Shown: positions 9,568 to 20,479, counted from the stretch's first letter. The stretch: 64,000 nucleotides of DNA from Methanobacteriota archaeon (GCA_963769885.1 CAVYNH010000004.1:160001-224000), one strand, 5' to 3'. Translations and numbers: made by a program. Notes: generated by a model from the letters alone, not told the origin.

Positions 9568-10665
9568 ATGGAGCGATTTAGTAAGCTGAAGTCCATGATT
9601 TTCCCCCGGGAGGTCGTCGTCGGGCATAACACGACAGACCAGATCAAGGGGATGTGCAACCGGTTGCTCATCGGCAACAAGGTCCTGCTCGTCTGCGATC
9701 GGAACACGCGGAAAATCTCCGGGGATAAGATCCATAAGATCCTCGCGGGCTCCGGCTATGAGGTTGAAAACGTTATCCTAGCGCAGCCGCTGCTGGCGAG
9801 GCGCCGTCGGCCGGTCGCCTGGCCGACCGTGCGGGAGGTCGCCAAGGTCGTGAAGGCCGCGGAGAAGACGGACTCCGAGATGCTCTTGGGCATCGGCGGC
9901 GGCTCGGTCATCGACGTCACCAAATTGGCTGCGTATGAATTATCCAAGAATTTTATCAGCATCCCGACGGTCGCATCCCACGACGGGATTGCGTCCCCGC
10001 GTGCCTCGCTGAAGGATCGGAAGGGATCCCTGTCGAAGACCGCGGTTTCCCCGATTGCGGTGCTGGCGGACACGGCGGTCATCTCCAAGGCGCCGTACCA
10101 GATGCTGGCGTCCGGATGCGCGGACGTGATCTCGAACCTGTCCGCAATCAAGGACTGGGAGCTGGCCCATCGATTGAAGAACGAGGAGTTCAGCAACTTC
10201 GCCGCGTCACTGTCGCAGACGTCGTCACAGCTCTTACTGGAGAAGGCGGAGGACATCCGCAGCGGGCTTGAGGAGGCGGTCTGGCAGGCGGTGAAATGCA
10301 TGATCGTTTCTGGCGTCGCGATGAGCGTGGCCGGGACAACGCGTCCGGCGTCCGGCGCGGAGCACATGTTTAGCCACATGCTGGATATGATTGCACCGGG
10401 GAAGGCCCTGCACGGGGAGCAGTGTGGGGTGGGCGCGATCATGATGATGTATCTCCATGGTGAGGACTGGGAGCGAATCAGGGATAGCCTCAAGACCATC
10501 GGGGCTCCGGTGAACGCTAAGGAGCTGGACATCCCGAAGAAGAAGATCATCCAGGCGCTGCTGGGGGCGCCGAAGATCCGCCCGGAGCGGTACACCATCC
10601 TCGGCGACCAGGGGTTGACTGAGGAGGCCGCGAAGAAGCTGGCGAAGATTACGGGGGTGATCTAA
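9568..10665 (+). CDS. egsA: sn-glycerol-1-phosphate dehydrogenase
   Basis: GIGGGSVIDVTK, PTVASHDGIAS, RPASGAEH.FSH, LHGEQCG. Confidence 0.95.
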   Translation: MERFSKLKSMIFPREVVVGHNTTDQIKGMCNRLLIGNKVLLVCDRNTRKISGDKIHKILAGSGYEVENVILAQPLLARRRRPVAWPTVREVAKVVKAAEKTDSEMLLGIGGGSVIDVTKLAAYELSKNFISIPTVASHDGIASPRASLKDRKGSLSKTAVSPIAVLADTAVISKAPYQMLASGCADVISNLSAIKDWELAHRLKNEEFSNFAASLSQTSSQLLLEKAEDIRSGLEEAVWQAVKCMIVSGVAMSVAGTTRPASGAEHMFSHMLDMIAPGKALHGEQCGVGAIMMMYLHGEDWERIRDSLKTIGAPVNAKELDIPKKKIIQALLGAPKIRPERYTILGDQGLTEEAAKKLAKITGVI

Positions 10666-10667
10666 CC

Positions 10668-11093
10668 GTGGTGATCGTCACGCTGATCGGTGAGGACCTG
10701 GCGGTGGAAGGCACGGAGTTCACGTACCTCGGGGCCAACAGCGAGTGCCGCAACTGCCAACTGAAGACCGTGTGTTTTAACCTGAAGCCGGGTCGGAGTT
10801 ACCGGATCATGAAACTGCGGGACAAGCGGCATGCCTGCTCGGTGCATGAAGGGCAAGTCGTCGTCGCTGAGGTTGAAGAACTCCCGATCCTTGGGATGAC
10901 CGACCAAGAGGTGACGCCGGGCGTGACGATGCGGCTGTATAAGTATAATTGCCGGAATCTCTCGTGTCCGTACCTCGAGGCGTGTACGAACCCGGTGATT
11001 CAGCCGGACCGCAGCTACGTCGTCAACCAGGTGCGGGGGAAGGTGGACTGCCCGCGGGGCGCCACCCTGTACCGAGTCGAAGTCAAAGAATAG
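10668..11093 (+). CDS. UPF0179-family protein
   Basis: VTLIG..LA..G.EF.Y.G...C..C.....C pattern and further Cys pairs. Confidence 0.85.
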   Translation: MVIVTLIGEDLAVEGTEFTYLGANSECRNCQLKTVCFNLKPGRSYRIMKLRDKRHACSVHEGQVVVAEVEELPILGMTDQEVTPGVTMRLYKYNCRNLSCPYLEACTNPVIQPDRSYVVNQVRGKVDCPRGATLYRVEVKE

Positions 11094-11107
11094 AAAAGAA
11101 GCTGTTT

Positions 11108-12274
11108 TTATTTCGTGGCGATTTCTCTGCTGAGGAGCTTGACCTTGTCGAGTTTTTCCCAGGTGAAGTCCGGGTCGTTGCGGCCGAAGTGGCCGTAGGC
11201 CGCGGTCTTCTTGTAGATCGGGCGGCGCAGGTCCAGGACCTCGATGATCTCCCGGGGTTTGAGGGGGAAGAACTGGCGGATTAGCGGCTCGATGGAGTCG
11301 AGGGGGACTTTGTTGGTGCCGAAGCAGTCGATGTTGATGCTGACGGGCTCGGCGACGCCGATGGCGTAGGCGATCTGCAGCTCGCATTTGTCGGCGAGCC
11401 CAGCGGCGACGATGTTCTTGGCGATGTACCGCGTGGCGTAGGCGCCGCTGCGGTCGACTTTAGAGGGGTCCTTGCCGCTAAAGGCGCCGCCGCCGTGCCG
11501 TCCGATGCCGCCATAGGTGTCGACGATGATCTTGCGGCCGGTGAGTCCGGCGTCGGCGTAGGGGCCACCGCGGACGAAGGAGCCGGTGGGGTTGACGAAG
11601 AACTTGGTGTCCGCGTCGATCCACTCCTGGCAGATGGGGGCGATGATGGTGTCAACCACATCTTTTTTGATGCGGTCATAGGCGACGCCGGCGTCGTGCT
11701 GGGTGGAGACGACGATGGCCTCGGCGCGCTCCGGTTTGCCGGTCTCGTTGTATTCGATGCTGACCTGGGATTTGCCGTCGGGGCGCAGGTAGGGGATCTC
11801 GGTTTTCTTGCGGGCCTCGGCGAGGCGTTTGGTGAGCTTATGGGCGAGGCAGATGGGCAGCGGCATGTATTCCTTGGTCTCGTTGGAGGCGTAGCCGTAC
11901 ATCATGCCTTGGTCGCCGGCGCCTTGTTCGTGGTGGGCTTTTTCGGTGACGCCTTGGCTGATGTCGGGGCTCTGTTCGGTGATCTGGACCCAGACGCTGC
12001 AGGTCTCCCATTCGATGCCGTACTCGGATTTGGTGTAGCCGATGCCTTTGATGGTGTCGCGGACGACGTGGGGGATGTCGACGTAGCCGGCGGTGGTCAT
12101 TTCGCCGAAGACCATGACGCCGCCGTTCTTGGTGGCGGTTTCGATGGCGACGCGGCTGTTTTTGTCCTGGCGGATGGCCTCGTCGAGGATGGCGTCGGAG
12201 ATGAGGTCGCACATCTTGTCGGGGTGTCCTTCGGTTACGGATTCTGAGCTGAGGATGATCTTGCGTTTGGCCAT
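11108..12274 (-). CDS. metK: S-adenosylmethionine synthetase, bacterial/eukaryotic type
   Basis: [49 protein letters not shown]; likely ATG 12274. Confidence 0.96.
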   Translation of the reverse strand: MAKRKIILSSESVTEGHPDKMCDLISDAILDEAIRQDKNSRVAIETATKNGGVMVFGEMTTAGYVDIPHVVRDTIKGIGYTKSEYGIEWETCSVWVQITEQSPDISQGVTEKAHHEQGAGDQGMMYGYASNETKEYMPLPICLAHKLTKRLAEARKKTEIPYLRPDGKSQVSIEYNETGKPERAEAIVVSTQHDAGVAYDRIKKDVVDTIIAPICQEWIDADTKFFVNPTGSFVRGGPYADAGLTGRKIIVDTYGGIGRHGGGAFSGKDPSKVDRSGAYATRYIAKNIVAAGLADKCELQIAYAIGVAEPVSINIDCFGTNKVPLDSIEPLIRQFFPLKPREIIEVLDLRRPIYKKTAAYGHFGRNDPDFTWEKLDKVKLLSREIATK

Positions 12275-12425
12275 AAGGGATTTTGCCTCCTCCTTGGCGT
12301 TGGATGAGCCAAAGACAATGCTCAGAGGCTTATAAATATTTTTTAAAAACAAAAAAGGCCGACAGGAGAAGATGGCTGCTAAGACTTACGAATGAATGGG
12401 GAGAAAAAAAGGATGAACCGTTGAG

Positions 12426-12827
12426 TTATCCCGTTTTCCTTGTCGTCCAGGTATCCTCATCCAACCCGTTGTACAAATCGTCGAACGAGACGTTCTTCAC
12501 CTGCTTCTTATCCATGAGCTGCCCATGGTCCCCGCCGCGCTCCTTGGAGTACCGGGCGATGGTGTCCTTCTTCAGCCGCCAGTAATGCGTCCGCCATTCC
12601 CGGCCGTCGTACAGCGTCGTCTCCTCCCGCTCCGTCGTCAACATCCCCTCTTCCTCAAGGATGTAGAACAGCTGACGGTCCTCGGGGTCCAACACGTTGT
12701 CAATAACACGGTCGTCAAACCCGAAAATATCCATGACGAACCCTGCGTCCCGGCGCGCCTCCTCGATGTCGATGCCGACGCGGTTCGCTATAGCCTTCGA
12801 TAAGTCATCCAACGTAATAAGGGTCAT
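12426..12827 (-). CDS. Conserved archaeal protein (DUF6015-like)
   Basis: FGFDDRVIDNVL..EDRQLFY.LEEEG.L...REETTL.DGREWRTHYW pattern. Confidence 0.75.
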   Translation of the reverse strand: MTLITLDDLSKAIANRVGIDIEEARRDAGFVMDIFGFDDRVIDNVLDPEDRQLFYILEEEGMLTTEREETTLYDGREWRTHYWRLKKDTIARYSKERGGDHGQLMDKKQVKNVSFDDLYNGLDEDTWTTRKTG

Positions 12828-13026
12828 CCTAAAATCTCCATTCCTGCTTTCTCTTCCTTCAACTCGGACGTTCCGCCGCACCCCACCGCACTGGGATGCG
12901 CCGTACTATTTGCACAGACCTTTTATTTAAACCTTTGCCCCACGCTTGGGAAGAACGTGGGAACCCCCACGACCTCCAAGAAGCAACAACGCAAATAAAT
13001 CGCCACGCCCATCCCCCCAACCACAC

Positions 13027-14071
13027 ATGCAACCACCACTTGCATCGGCACTCTATAAAAGGCTTTCGGACCTCACAAAAAAGGACCTGAACCTCCATAT
13101 CGTCCTGCTCCCCGACTTCTTCCTTGACCACTTCCTCAGCATCACCAACCCCGCCGACGTCGAAGCACAAATCCGCCGGCTCGCCGCCCAAGGCGGCGGC
13201 AACTACCCCAACATCCCCCAGTTCGTCCAGCAAGGAGGCAACGCGGCCAACACCGCCCTCGGACTCGCCAGACTCGGCGCCCACCCCAGCCTCATCTGCC
13301 GCACCAACCGGTTTGGCCACCACCTCCTCCACTACTTCCTCGCCCCCAGCGGCGTCGACCTTACCCACGTCAAAACCGATGGTACCCTCGCCATCACCAC
13401 CGCCCTGGAACTCGGCGACCAGCGCACCAACGTCATGCTCGGCGACCCCGGATCCGTCGCCGACTTCTCACCCGATGTCCTCACTGATCAAGACTACGAC
13501 TGCATCACCGAATCTGACCTCGTCGCCGTCCTCAACTGGAACCTCAACCACTACGGCACCAGCCTCGCCACCGACGTCTTCCGCCACGCCCGACGCCACC
13601 ACGTCACCACCTTCTTCGACACCGGAGACCCCTCGCCGAAGCTCCACGAAGTCCCCACGCTGCTTCGCGAGGTCCTCACAGCGCCGCTCGTTGACGTCTT
13701 CGGCCTCGACGAAAACGAACTGCGCCATTACAGCGGACGAACACCCTCAACACAGGAGGAAATGATCGATGCGGCACAGTACCCTAAAGAACAGAATCCC
13801 GGCACGGCTTGACCTGCACACCAGCGCCTTCTCCTGCTCACTGGACGGCGGCTGCACCGTCGTCCCCACCGAGACACTGCCTCGAATCGTCCGGGCAACG
13901 GGCGCCGGCGACTCCTGGAACGCCGCGAACCTGCTCGCCAGCCTGCTGCAGTTCCCCACCGAAGAACGCCTGGCCTTCGCGAACCTCGTCGCCGGCCTCT
14001 ACATCTCGTCTGCGGACCAGCAGCCCCCGACCTTGGACCAGGCAAAAGCCTGCCTCAAGTCACAAATATAA
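13027..14071 (+). pseudogene. PfkB-family carbohydrate kinase split by a +1 frameshift near 13782-13784 (possibly sequencing error)
   Basis: GGNAANTA, FFDTGDP in first frame; TGAGDSWNA in second; removing one C from CAGTACCC yields AAQYLKNRIPARLDLH. Confidence 0.8.
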
Positions 14072-14188
14072 TAATCCCGCGGGCAGACTGACACTCGTCA
14101 GGAGGCATCGTGTTTTATCTTAAAAAGTGATAGAATTTTCACTATTTATATAATAAAATTTAAATACCTATCTCCTCTTCGGTTATCT

Positions 14189-14254
14189 AGAATGGGGGAG
14201 TCGGACATTTTCTCTTAAATCTCTCCTCACCACCTTCAAACATCCCCCCATTCT
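14189..14254 (+). ncRNA. Candidate small structured RNA between convergent genes
   Basis: 10-bp terminal inverted repeat AGAATGGGGG / CCCCCATTCT about 23 nt after TTTAAATA (14159-14166). Confidence 0.3.
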
Positions 14255-14261
14255 CTCCTTC

Positions 14262-15515
14262 TTACGAGAAGAGATAATTTGCCGCTCGCTTCGACACTTG
14301 CGCCCGATGCCGTTCATCGGTGATGACCATGACCGCCCAGTCAGGGGCGAGTCGGGAGCGGATCGCGGAGGCGATTGGGGTGAACTCGTCCAGTGACCGT
14401 CTCTTCTTGTTGTCTTCGACGCCGATCTCGGTGAGGTTGATGCGCGGCTCGGTCCTCAGGATCTCCTGGCGGGGGACGTCGAGGATCAGGTGGCCGGCGG
14501 GGATTTTCAGGGCGTCCTCAAGGTCGCGTTCCTTGGCCTTGCAGGCGGCAGCGTCCTCCAGGCCTCTGACGACCTTCTGCTGTGGTTGAGAGAGGTCGTT
14601 GAAGGAGGCGGCGTACGCCTGTTTGAACAGGGCGCGGTACTTCAAGCGCGTCATGATCTCGTCTTGGTACGGCCCTTTGCCTTTGAGGGCGTGGATGATC
14701 TCCGCGTCGGTCATGCGGTAGAAGAGGAACGGCTTCTTGTCCGGCGCGGTCTCCAGAGCTTTGAGCAGCATCAGCTCTGCGATGCGGACGGTCTTGTTGA
14801 AGTAGACGGAGGAGTACATGAGGCCGCGTGCCATGAGGATGTTTTCGACGGCGCTGACGCCCTTGCGTTTCACCATGATCGTGTTGCGCAGGATGGTGAT
14901 CGTCTGGAGGAGGCGTTGCAGGTCGATCATGCCGTAGGCGACCCCCGTGTAGTAGGCGTCCCGCATGAGGTAATCCAGCTGGTCGACGTCGATGGTGCTG
15001 CAGAGGAGCTGGCCGAGGTACGGCATCTTTGGGGTGTGGCCTTGGATGATCTTGCCGATGAGCTTCGTGTCTAAGTTTGCTTTGGTGAGGACGGTGTGGA
15101 CGGTGGGTGAGGGCAGGTATTTTTTTTCGCGTGGTTCGAAGACGTCGTAGTCGCCGTTGATGAGGCGGAGGGTGAGGCCGACGTGGTCGATGCCGAACCG
15201 GGTCATGAGGATGGATTCGAGGGTGTGGCTGAAAGGTCCATGGCCGATGTCGTGGAGGAGGGCGGCGGCGGTGAGGGTGTCGCGGTCGTCTTTGAGGTTG
15301 AGGGTGTCGCAGAGTCTGGTCATGATGGCGGCGGCGCCGAGGGAGTGTTCGAAGCGGGTGTGGTGGGCGCCGGGGAAGACGAGCTGGGCGAAGCCGAGTT
15401 GTTTGATGAGGTGGAGGCGTTGGATTTCGGGGGTCTGGAGGAGTTTGAGGAGGAGTCCGGTGACTTTGATGTCGCCATGGATCGGGTCTCTGACGTACTT
15501 GGAATTATTGTTCAT
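14262..15515 (-). CDS. HD-domain phosphohydrolase (dNTP triphosphohydrolase-like)
   Basis: RDPIHG, QRL..IKQLG, HTRFEHSLG, LLHDIGHGPFSH, DQLDYL.RD. Confidence 0.92.
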   Translation of the reverse strand: MNNNSKYVRDPIHGDIKVTGLLLKLLQTPEIQRLHLIKQLGFAQLVFPGAHHTRFEHSLGAAAIMTRLCDTLNLKDDRDTLTAAALLHDIGHGPFSHTLESILMTRFGIDHVGLTLRLINGDYDVFEPREKKYLPSPTVHTVLTKANLDTKLIGKIIQGHTPKMPYLGQLLCSTIDVDQLDYLMRDAYYTGVAYGMIDLQRLLQTITILRNTIMVKRKGVSAVENILMARGLMYSSVYFNKTVRIAELMLLKALETAPDKKPFLFYRMTDAEIIHALKGKGPYQDEIMTRLKYRALFKQAYAASFNDLSQPQQKVVRGLEDAAACKAKERDLEDALKIPAGHLILDVPRQEILRTEPRINLTEIGVEDNKKRRSLDEFTPIASAIRSRLAPDWAVMVITDERHRAQVSKRAANYLFS

Positions 15516-15568
15516 TGGTGTCGGGTGGGAAAATCGGGCGGCGGCTTAAGAATACTTGTGTCTGGTTT

Positions 15569-16406
15569 TCAATAAGTGTCTGGCAGGAGGTAGATATCGA
15601 TCCATGTTGGTGTAATAGTTCCGATGGGATTGTGGAAGGTAAATTTTCGGGGTAAAAGGAGCCGGGGGAATGGTAGGAGTCCCAGTGGAACCCCACTCGC
15701 TCCATCATATATGGTTAGTATTGCTCGGAACGTGATGGATTCACTGTTGTTAACGACTTCTTTGACTAAGCCCCAAACGTGGGTGATGTCGGGTGGGATT
15801 CCATCGCATACACACATAGAGAGGCCTGCATTATCGTAGGCGAGTATTTTGAATGTAAAATTTCCATTTGGCAGAGGGTGATGGAGGATGCAATAGTACG
15901 GAGGCTCTGAATCATTTCCGATGAGCTCTTGACCTTGGTAGAACTCGATGCGGTTGACACCACTCGTAGCGTCGTCGGCAACCACGTAGGAGCAGAAGTT
16001 ATTCCTTGACACATGCCGGCATTTTTCAACATAAACGGGTACTATCGTATCCATCTTGAAAGGCTGTTGTTTGTATGGTTCGTAGTTGCCTGCGTTGTCA
16101 ATCGACCAATACGTAATCAAATGTTGTCCATCCCCTGAGACGTTAAATGGATAATGGTAAGTCATCTCTTCGCCGCCATCGACTTTATATTTAGTACCTG
16201 CAGACCCCTGATTCGTTGTCGATGGCCGTCAAGGTCACACGGACTTGCGAGACATACCAGTCGTTTTCCCCCATCGTACCGTACAAGGAACAGGTTGTGA
16301 ACGGCGGCGTCACGTCATCCCGCGGCGGCATCCCTGAGCTCGTGAAAATAATAGGTTCAGTAACGAGGAGTAGCAGAATGAGCATCGCGGTGTTTCGTTG
16401 TCTCAT
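15569..16406 (-). pseudogene. Secreted Ig-like/OmpL47-type repeat protein, copy 3, split by +1 frameshift near 16193-16204
   Basis: ORFs 16191-16406 and 15569-16165 join (ESGV..TKYKVDGGEEMTYHYPF) into a full-length paralogue of the two upstream genes. Confidence 0.8.
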
Positions 16407-16430
16407 TTTTTACCAGCTATCCTTTTCTTT

Positions 16431-17258
16431 TCAAGTAGGGAGTGGGAAGAGGTAGATGTCGATCCAGTGGGGGCTGACCTCGCCGTCGTAGTAGGAGAAG
16501 GTGTAATTACGGGGTAGGAGGAGCCGAGGGAGAGGGAAGAGAGAAAACGGATGTCTATTCGCGGGGTCGTACATGGTGAAGACCGCCCGGAAGGTGACCA
16601 ATGTGTTGGTGGAGTTGATGTCGGTGACGATCCTTTTGACGTGGGTGATGTCTTTGGGGGTGGGGCCTAAAATAAAACATGAGAGCCCAGCGTTGTTATA
16701 GGCGATACCTTTCACCGATATATTCCTCTGTGGATGATGAAGGATGTAACAATAAGGAGGCGTTGAATCGATCTTGACGAGTTCTCCGTTACAGAAAAAC
16801 TCTACCCTATTTACTCCACTTGTGTGGTCCTGAGAATCGACGCCAAAGCAAACCTCATTCAAGGAGACGTGTTGGCTTGAATTGTAGGTTGGCACAGTCG
16901 TATCAATCTTGACTTCTTGGACATGCCACGGCTCGACGTTGCCCGCATTGTCAACAGAGTAATAGAATATTTGGTGAACACCGTCCCATGCGATGTCGAA
17001 CGGCGCGGTGTAGACGAGGAAGGAGCCGCCGTCGAATCTGTAGAACGTGGCGTTCACGCCCGACTCGTTATCGACCGCGGTCAAGGTGATGCGAACCGAC
17101 GATATGTACCAGCCGTTGTCCCCCAGCGTCCCGCTCAACATGATGGTCGTGACCGGCGGCGTCACGTCATCGCGCGGAGGCATCCCTGAACTCGTGAAAA
17201 TAATGGGGTCGGCTACGAGGAGCAGAAGAATAAGCATAACGATATTTCGGTGCTTCAT
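16431..17258 (-). CDS. Secreted Ig-like/OmpL47-type repeat protein, copy 2
   Basis: Signal peptide, DDVTPPVTT, D.ESGV..T.Y..DG, YSVDNAGNVE, SGVNRVEF. Confidence 0.85.
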   Translation of the reverse strand: MKHRNIVMLILLLLVADPIIFTSSGMPPRDDVTPPVTTIMLSGTLGDNGWYISSVRITLTAVDNESGVNATFYRFDGGSFLVYTAPFDIAWDGVHQIFYYSVDNAGNVEPWHVQEVKIDTTVPTYNSSQHVSLNEVCFGVDSQDHTSGVNRVEFFCNGELVKIDSTPPYCYILHHPQRNISVKGIAYNNAGLSCFILGPTPKDITHVKRIVTDINSTNTLVTFRAVFTMYDPANRHPFSLFPLPRLLLPRNYTFSYYDGEVSPHWIDIYLFPLPT

Positions 17259-17281
17259 TTTTTACCAACCATCCTTTCCTT

Positions 17282-18118
17282 TCATGGAGGGAGCGGGAAG
17301 AGATAGATATCAATCCAATGCTGCTTGATTTCCCCGTCATAATTGGTGTAGGTGTACATTTTGGGAAGCAGGAGCCGTGGGAGTGGCAGGGGAGAACATG
17401 GATTCCGGTTCGCCGGGTTGTACAAAGTGAAGATTGCCCTGAACGTGATCGAGGTATTTGTGCAGTTCACGTCGGTGACGATTCCTTTGATATGGGTCAG
17501 ATCGAATTCGATAGTCCCGACGGAGATTGACAGCCCAGCATTGTCAAAGGCGATGATTCTCATTGTCGAATTTTTTGGGAATAACCATTTAGGGTGTATA
17601 ATACAACAATATGGTGGGTCTGAATCATTTTGGACTAGTTCTCCATTAAAATAGAACTCGACCCTGTTCACACCGCTTCCATAGTCGTCTGCATCCGCTC
17701 CAAAACAGTATTCTGTCAAGGAAACATGCTTGTAAGGAGTATAGGTTGGTGGGGTTGTATCGATCTTCACGTTTTGTGTATGCCACGGCTCGACGTTGCC
17801 CGCATTGTCCACAGAATAGAATTCGAACGTATGAATTCCATCCCCAACAACGGTGAAAGGACCCGTATAAATGTGGATGTCCCCTGAATCAATCCGGTAA
17901 AAGGTGGCGTTCACCCCGGATTCGTTGTCGATGGCAGTCAAGGTGACATTGACGTTCGAGATGTACCAGTTATTTGCCCCGTTTGGAGCAGGTGGGTTCA
18001 AGGTCGCGGTGGTGACCGGCGGCGTCACGTCGTCACGCGGTGGCGTCCCCATGACGAACCCAGCCGACAGCAGACTACCGAGAAAGCACAGGACCAGGAT
18101 CTTTTTTGATGCAGGCAT
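17282..18118 (-). CDS. Secreted Ig-like/OmpL47-type repeat protein, copy 1
   Basis: Same motifs as neighbours; shared C-terminus LPRLLLP...WIDIYLFPLP. Confidence 0.85.
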   Translation of the reverse strand: MPASKKILVLCFLGSLLSAGFVMGTPPRDDVTPPVTTATLNPPAPNGANNWYISNVNVTLTAIDNESGVNATFYRIDSGDIHIYTGPFTVVGDGIHTFEFYSVDNAGNVEPWHTQNVKIDTTPPTYTPYKHVSLTEYCFGADADDYGSGVNRVEFYFNGELVQNDSDPPYCCIIHPKWLFPKNSTMRIIAFDNAGLSISVGTIEFDLTHIKGIVTDVNCTNTSITFRAIFTLYNPANRNPCSPLPLPRLLLPKMYTYTNYDGEIKQHWIDIYLFPLPP

Positions 18119-18139
18119 CGGACCTCCTTCTATTTTCCC

Positions 18140-18589
18140 TTAAAGGTTGATCCATCGGACGACGACAGATGCGTTTTCATTCCCATCATCGACCGAGAGC
18201 GTGAACTTCCAGAACTTCGAGCTACCGCGAGTAAGTGTCCATTCAAAGGGCCCTGATGTAGCCGTGTATTGAAGAACGCCATTTATGAAAAACTCGACTC
18301 GGGTAACGCCTGGACATCCCGACACGTTTGCGACAAACGTCATCGCGGGGCTATGAAAAATGAGAAGCACCGGAAACGGCAGGATCTTGCTCATATTGTA
18401 ATAGATACCATTCCGAGGCTCAATCGAGATGTTCCCGCCCAAGGACGCGCCAGTACATAGCGCAGTCCCCGTCCGAACCGCCAACCGACCGCCAACCAGT
18501 CCCACGATTAATGTTACAAAAACCAGAACCAAAAGCACCGCACGGGCACTTCGCCTAAGGGTATTGTGCATATGATACCTCCCTCTCAT
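18140..18589 (-). CDS. Secreted/membrane-anchored Ig-like domain protein
   Basis: N-terminal hydrophobic helix; GVTRVEFFING....T...GPFEW motif. Confidence 0.7.
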   Translation of the reverse strand: MRGRYHMHNTLRRSARAVLLVLVFVTLIVGLVGGRLAVRTGTALCTGASLGGNISIEPRNGIYYNMSKILPFPVLLIFHSPAMTFVANVSGCPGVTRVEFFINGVLQYTATSGPFEWTLTRGSSKFWKFTLSVDDGNENASVVVRWINL

Positions 18590-18727
18590 AGAAAATAAGC
18601 ACTAAGCGATTAATAAGACTATCGACCACGCCTTATCAACAGGAGCACCACGCCCGGACCACAACGCTCAAAAATCACGAACCCATTTGCACATAAAACC
18701 CGTGAAGATGGAAGGAGGGAACCGCCA

Positions 18728-19003
18728 GTGACGAAGCCAATCCTGTTTTCACTTGAACACTGCCCGAAATGCGACCAGACCAAACACCTCCTCGCCACCC
18801 GCACCGACATCGACATCATCACCTTCCCCCATGACCTCTCCGCCTGGACCAGCCAGGACCGCCAGTTCGCTGAAACCCACGACGTCCTCGAAGACCTCAA
18901 AATCACCGCCCCGATTCTCTGGAAAGACGGCGAAAAAACCATCGGCTACCTCAGAATCAAAAAATGGCTCCAAGACACCGCCACCCAGACAGAAACTATT
19001 TAG
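18728..19003 (+). CDS. Glutaredoxin-like protein
   Basis: CPKC near N-terminus, TAPIL cis-Pro motif, GGAGG RBS. Confidence 0.75.
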   Translation: MTKPILFSLEHCPKCDQTKHLLATRTDIDIITFPHDLSAWTSQDRQFAETHDVLEDLKITAPILWKDGEKTIGYLRIKKWLQDTATQTETI

Positions 19004-19109
19004 CCACCCCTCTCTTTTCAGAAAAATACCCTGATGACTGAGCCTCGATGAGATTCGAAAACGCAAACTCCAGGACCTCAGCCGTCGCTACATGAAAGGA
19101 GAACCCCAA

Positions 19110-19436
19110 ATGGCCACCGCCCCCAACGCCCCGATCCACATCACAGACGAGGAATTCGACGCGGCCATCAAGAAATACCCGAACCTCGTCATCGACTGCT
19201 GGGCCCCCTGGTGCGGCCCCTGCCGCATGCTCGGCCCCGTCATCGACGACCTCGCCAAAGAACTCCAAGGAAAAATCACCTTCGCCAAACTCAACGTCGA
19301 CGAAAACCCGCAGACCAGCATGAAACACCAGATCATGAGCATCCCCACCCTCCTCCACTTCAAAAACGGCCAGCTCGTCAACCGCCTCGTCGGCGCCCTC
19401 TCAAAGGAAACGCTTAAACAGCAGCTCGGCGTATAA
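19110..19436 (+). CDS. trxA: Thioredoxin
   Basis: WAPWCGPC, KLNVDEN, SIPTL; AAGGAG RBS before ATG 19110. Confidence 0.95.
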   Translation: MATAPNAPIHITDEEFDAAIKKYPNLVIDCWAPWCGPCRMLGPVIDDLAKELQGKITFAKLNVDENPQTSMKHQIMSIPTLLHFKNGQLVNRLVGALSKETLKQQLGV

Positions 19437-19443
19437 ACCCCCT

Positions 19444-19977
19444 GTGACAACTACCACGGAACCACCCCTCAAGCCGCTCCTTCTCTTCATCCTCCTGCTC
19501 ACCCTCATCACGGTCACGGTCGGCTGCACCCAGACCACCACACCGCCGGTCTGGGACGACTTCACCTTCACCACCATCCTCGGTGAAACCAGGAACCTCT
19601 CCGATTACCGCGGCAGCCCCGTCCTCCTCGACTTCATGGGCGTCGGCTGCGACCCCTGCCGACGAGAAATGAACGTCCTCTCCCAACTCCACCACGACTA
19701 CCCCACCCTCACCATCATCTCCATCGACGTCTGGACCACCCAAGGCGAGACCGCCCAGAGCATCCAACAACTCAAAAAAGACTTCCTCCTCCAAAACATC
19801 ACCCTGGACTGGACCTTCGCCCTCGACGACGCCCAAGGCAGCCTCGCAAAAAAATACGCGATCACCGCCGTCCCCTACCTTGTCCTGTACACAAAACAGG
19901 GAAACCTTTATTACTCGCACCTTGGTTATGAGGAATATTCGACCCTAGCGCCCAAGGTCGAGGCAATCACCAGTTGA
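19444..19977 (+). CDS. Exported TlpA/ResA-like thioredoxin-fold protein (possible lipoprotein)
   Basis: Signal ending VGC, LSDYRG.PVLLDF, CDPC, AVP. Confidence 0.85.
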   Translation: MTTTTEPPLKPLLLFILLLTLITVTVGCTQTTTPPVWDDFTFTTILGETRNLSDYRGSPVLLDFMGVGCDPCRREMNVLSQLHHDYPTLTIISIDVWTTQGETAQSIQQLKKDFLLQNITLDWTFALDDAQGSLAKKYAITAVPYLVLYTKQGNLYYSHLGYEEYSTLAPKVEAITS

Positions 19978-19987
19978 GGGAGATACT

Positions 19988-20479
19988 ATGAAGAAATTTA
20001 TCCTAGGAATCCTCCTAATCTCAACACTGACTATCGCTATGAGCGCCGCCGCCGCCGAAACCAAGATCCCCATCCAAGTCGGACCACTCCACTACAGCCC
20101 CACCACCCCGGCAGCGAAATCCACCGTCACCTTCTCTGCGAACGTCACCGGAGCCCCCACCCAAGTCAACCTCTGGTACCACGAATGCAAACCCGGCATG
20201 TGCTACAGCGACCAAAACATCACCATGACCAAGAACAACGCCTCCCTCACCCTCTTCGAAGCCATCGTCACCTTCAGCCACGCTGACGCCACCTTCGTCA
20301 TCGCCCACGTCCTCATCAGCGATAACGGGAGCTGGTTCGCTGGCGACGACGTCAACATCACCCTCACCCCTCCACAAAACGGAAACAACTCAGGGAAGAA
20401 GAGCCCCGGCTTCGAGGTCGTCCCCGTCATCGCCGCCGTAGCAGTTGCTCTTATCATCCTCCGTAAAAAGCGATCCTAA
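19988..20479 (+). CDS. Secreted PGF-CTERM surface protein
   Basis: Signal peptide, CKPGMC, C-terminal SPGFE + TM helix + RKKR. Confidence 0.85.
   Translation: MKKFILGILLISTLTIAMSAAAAETKIPIQVGPLHYSPTTPAAKSTVTFSANVTGAPTQVNLWYHECKPGMCYSDQNITMTKNNASLTLFEAIVTFSHADATFVIAHVLISDNGSWFAGDDVNITLTPPQNGNNSGKKSPGFEVVPVIAAVAVALIILRKKRS

Noticed and set aside
13778-13790. Programmed ribosomal frameshifting at the AGTACC sites
   Set aside because: The motif is on the non-coding strand in one case and the genes are functionally unrelated; error or mutation is simpler.
15569-18118. Possible diversity-generating retroelement targets
   Set aside because: No reverse transcriptase in the window and no near-identical template/variable repeat pair differing only at adenines was seen.
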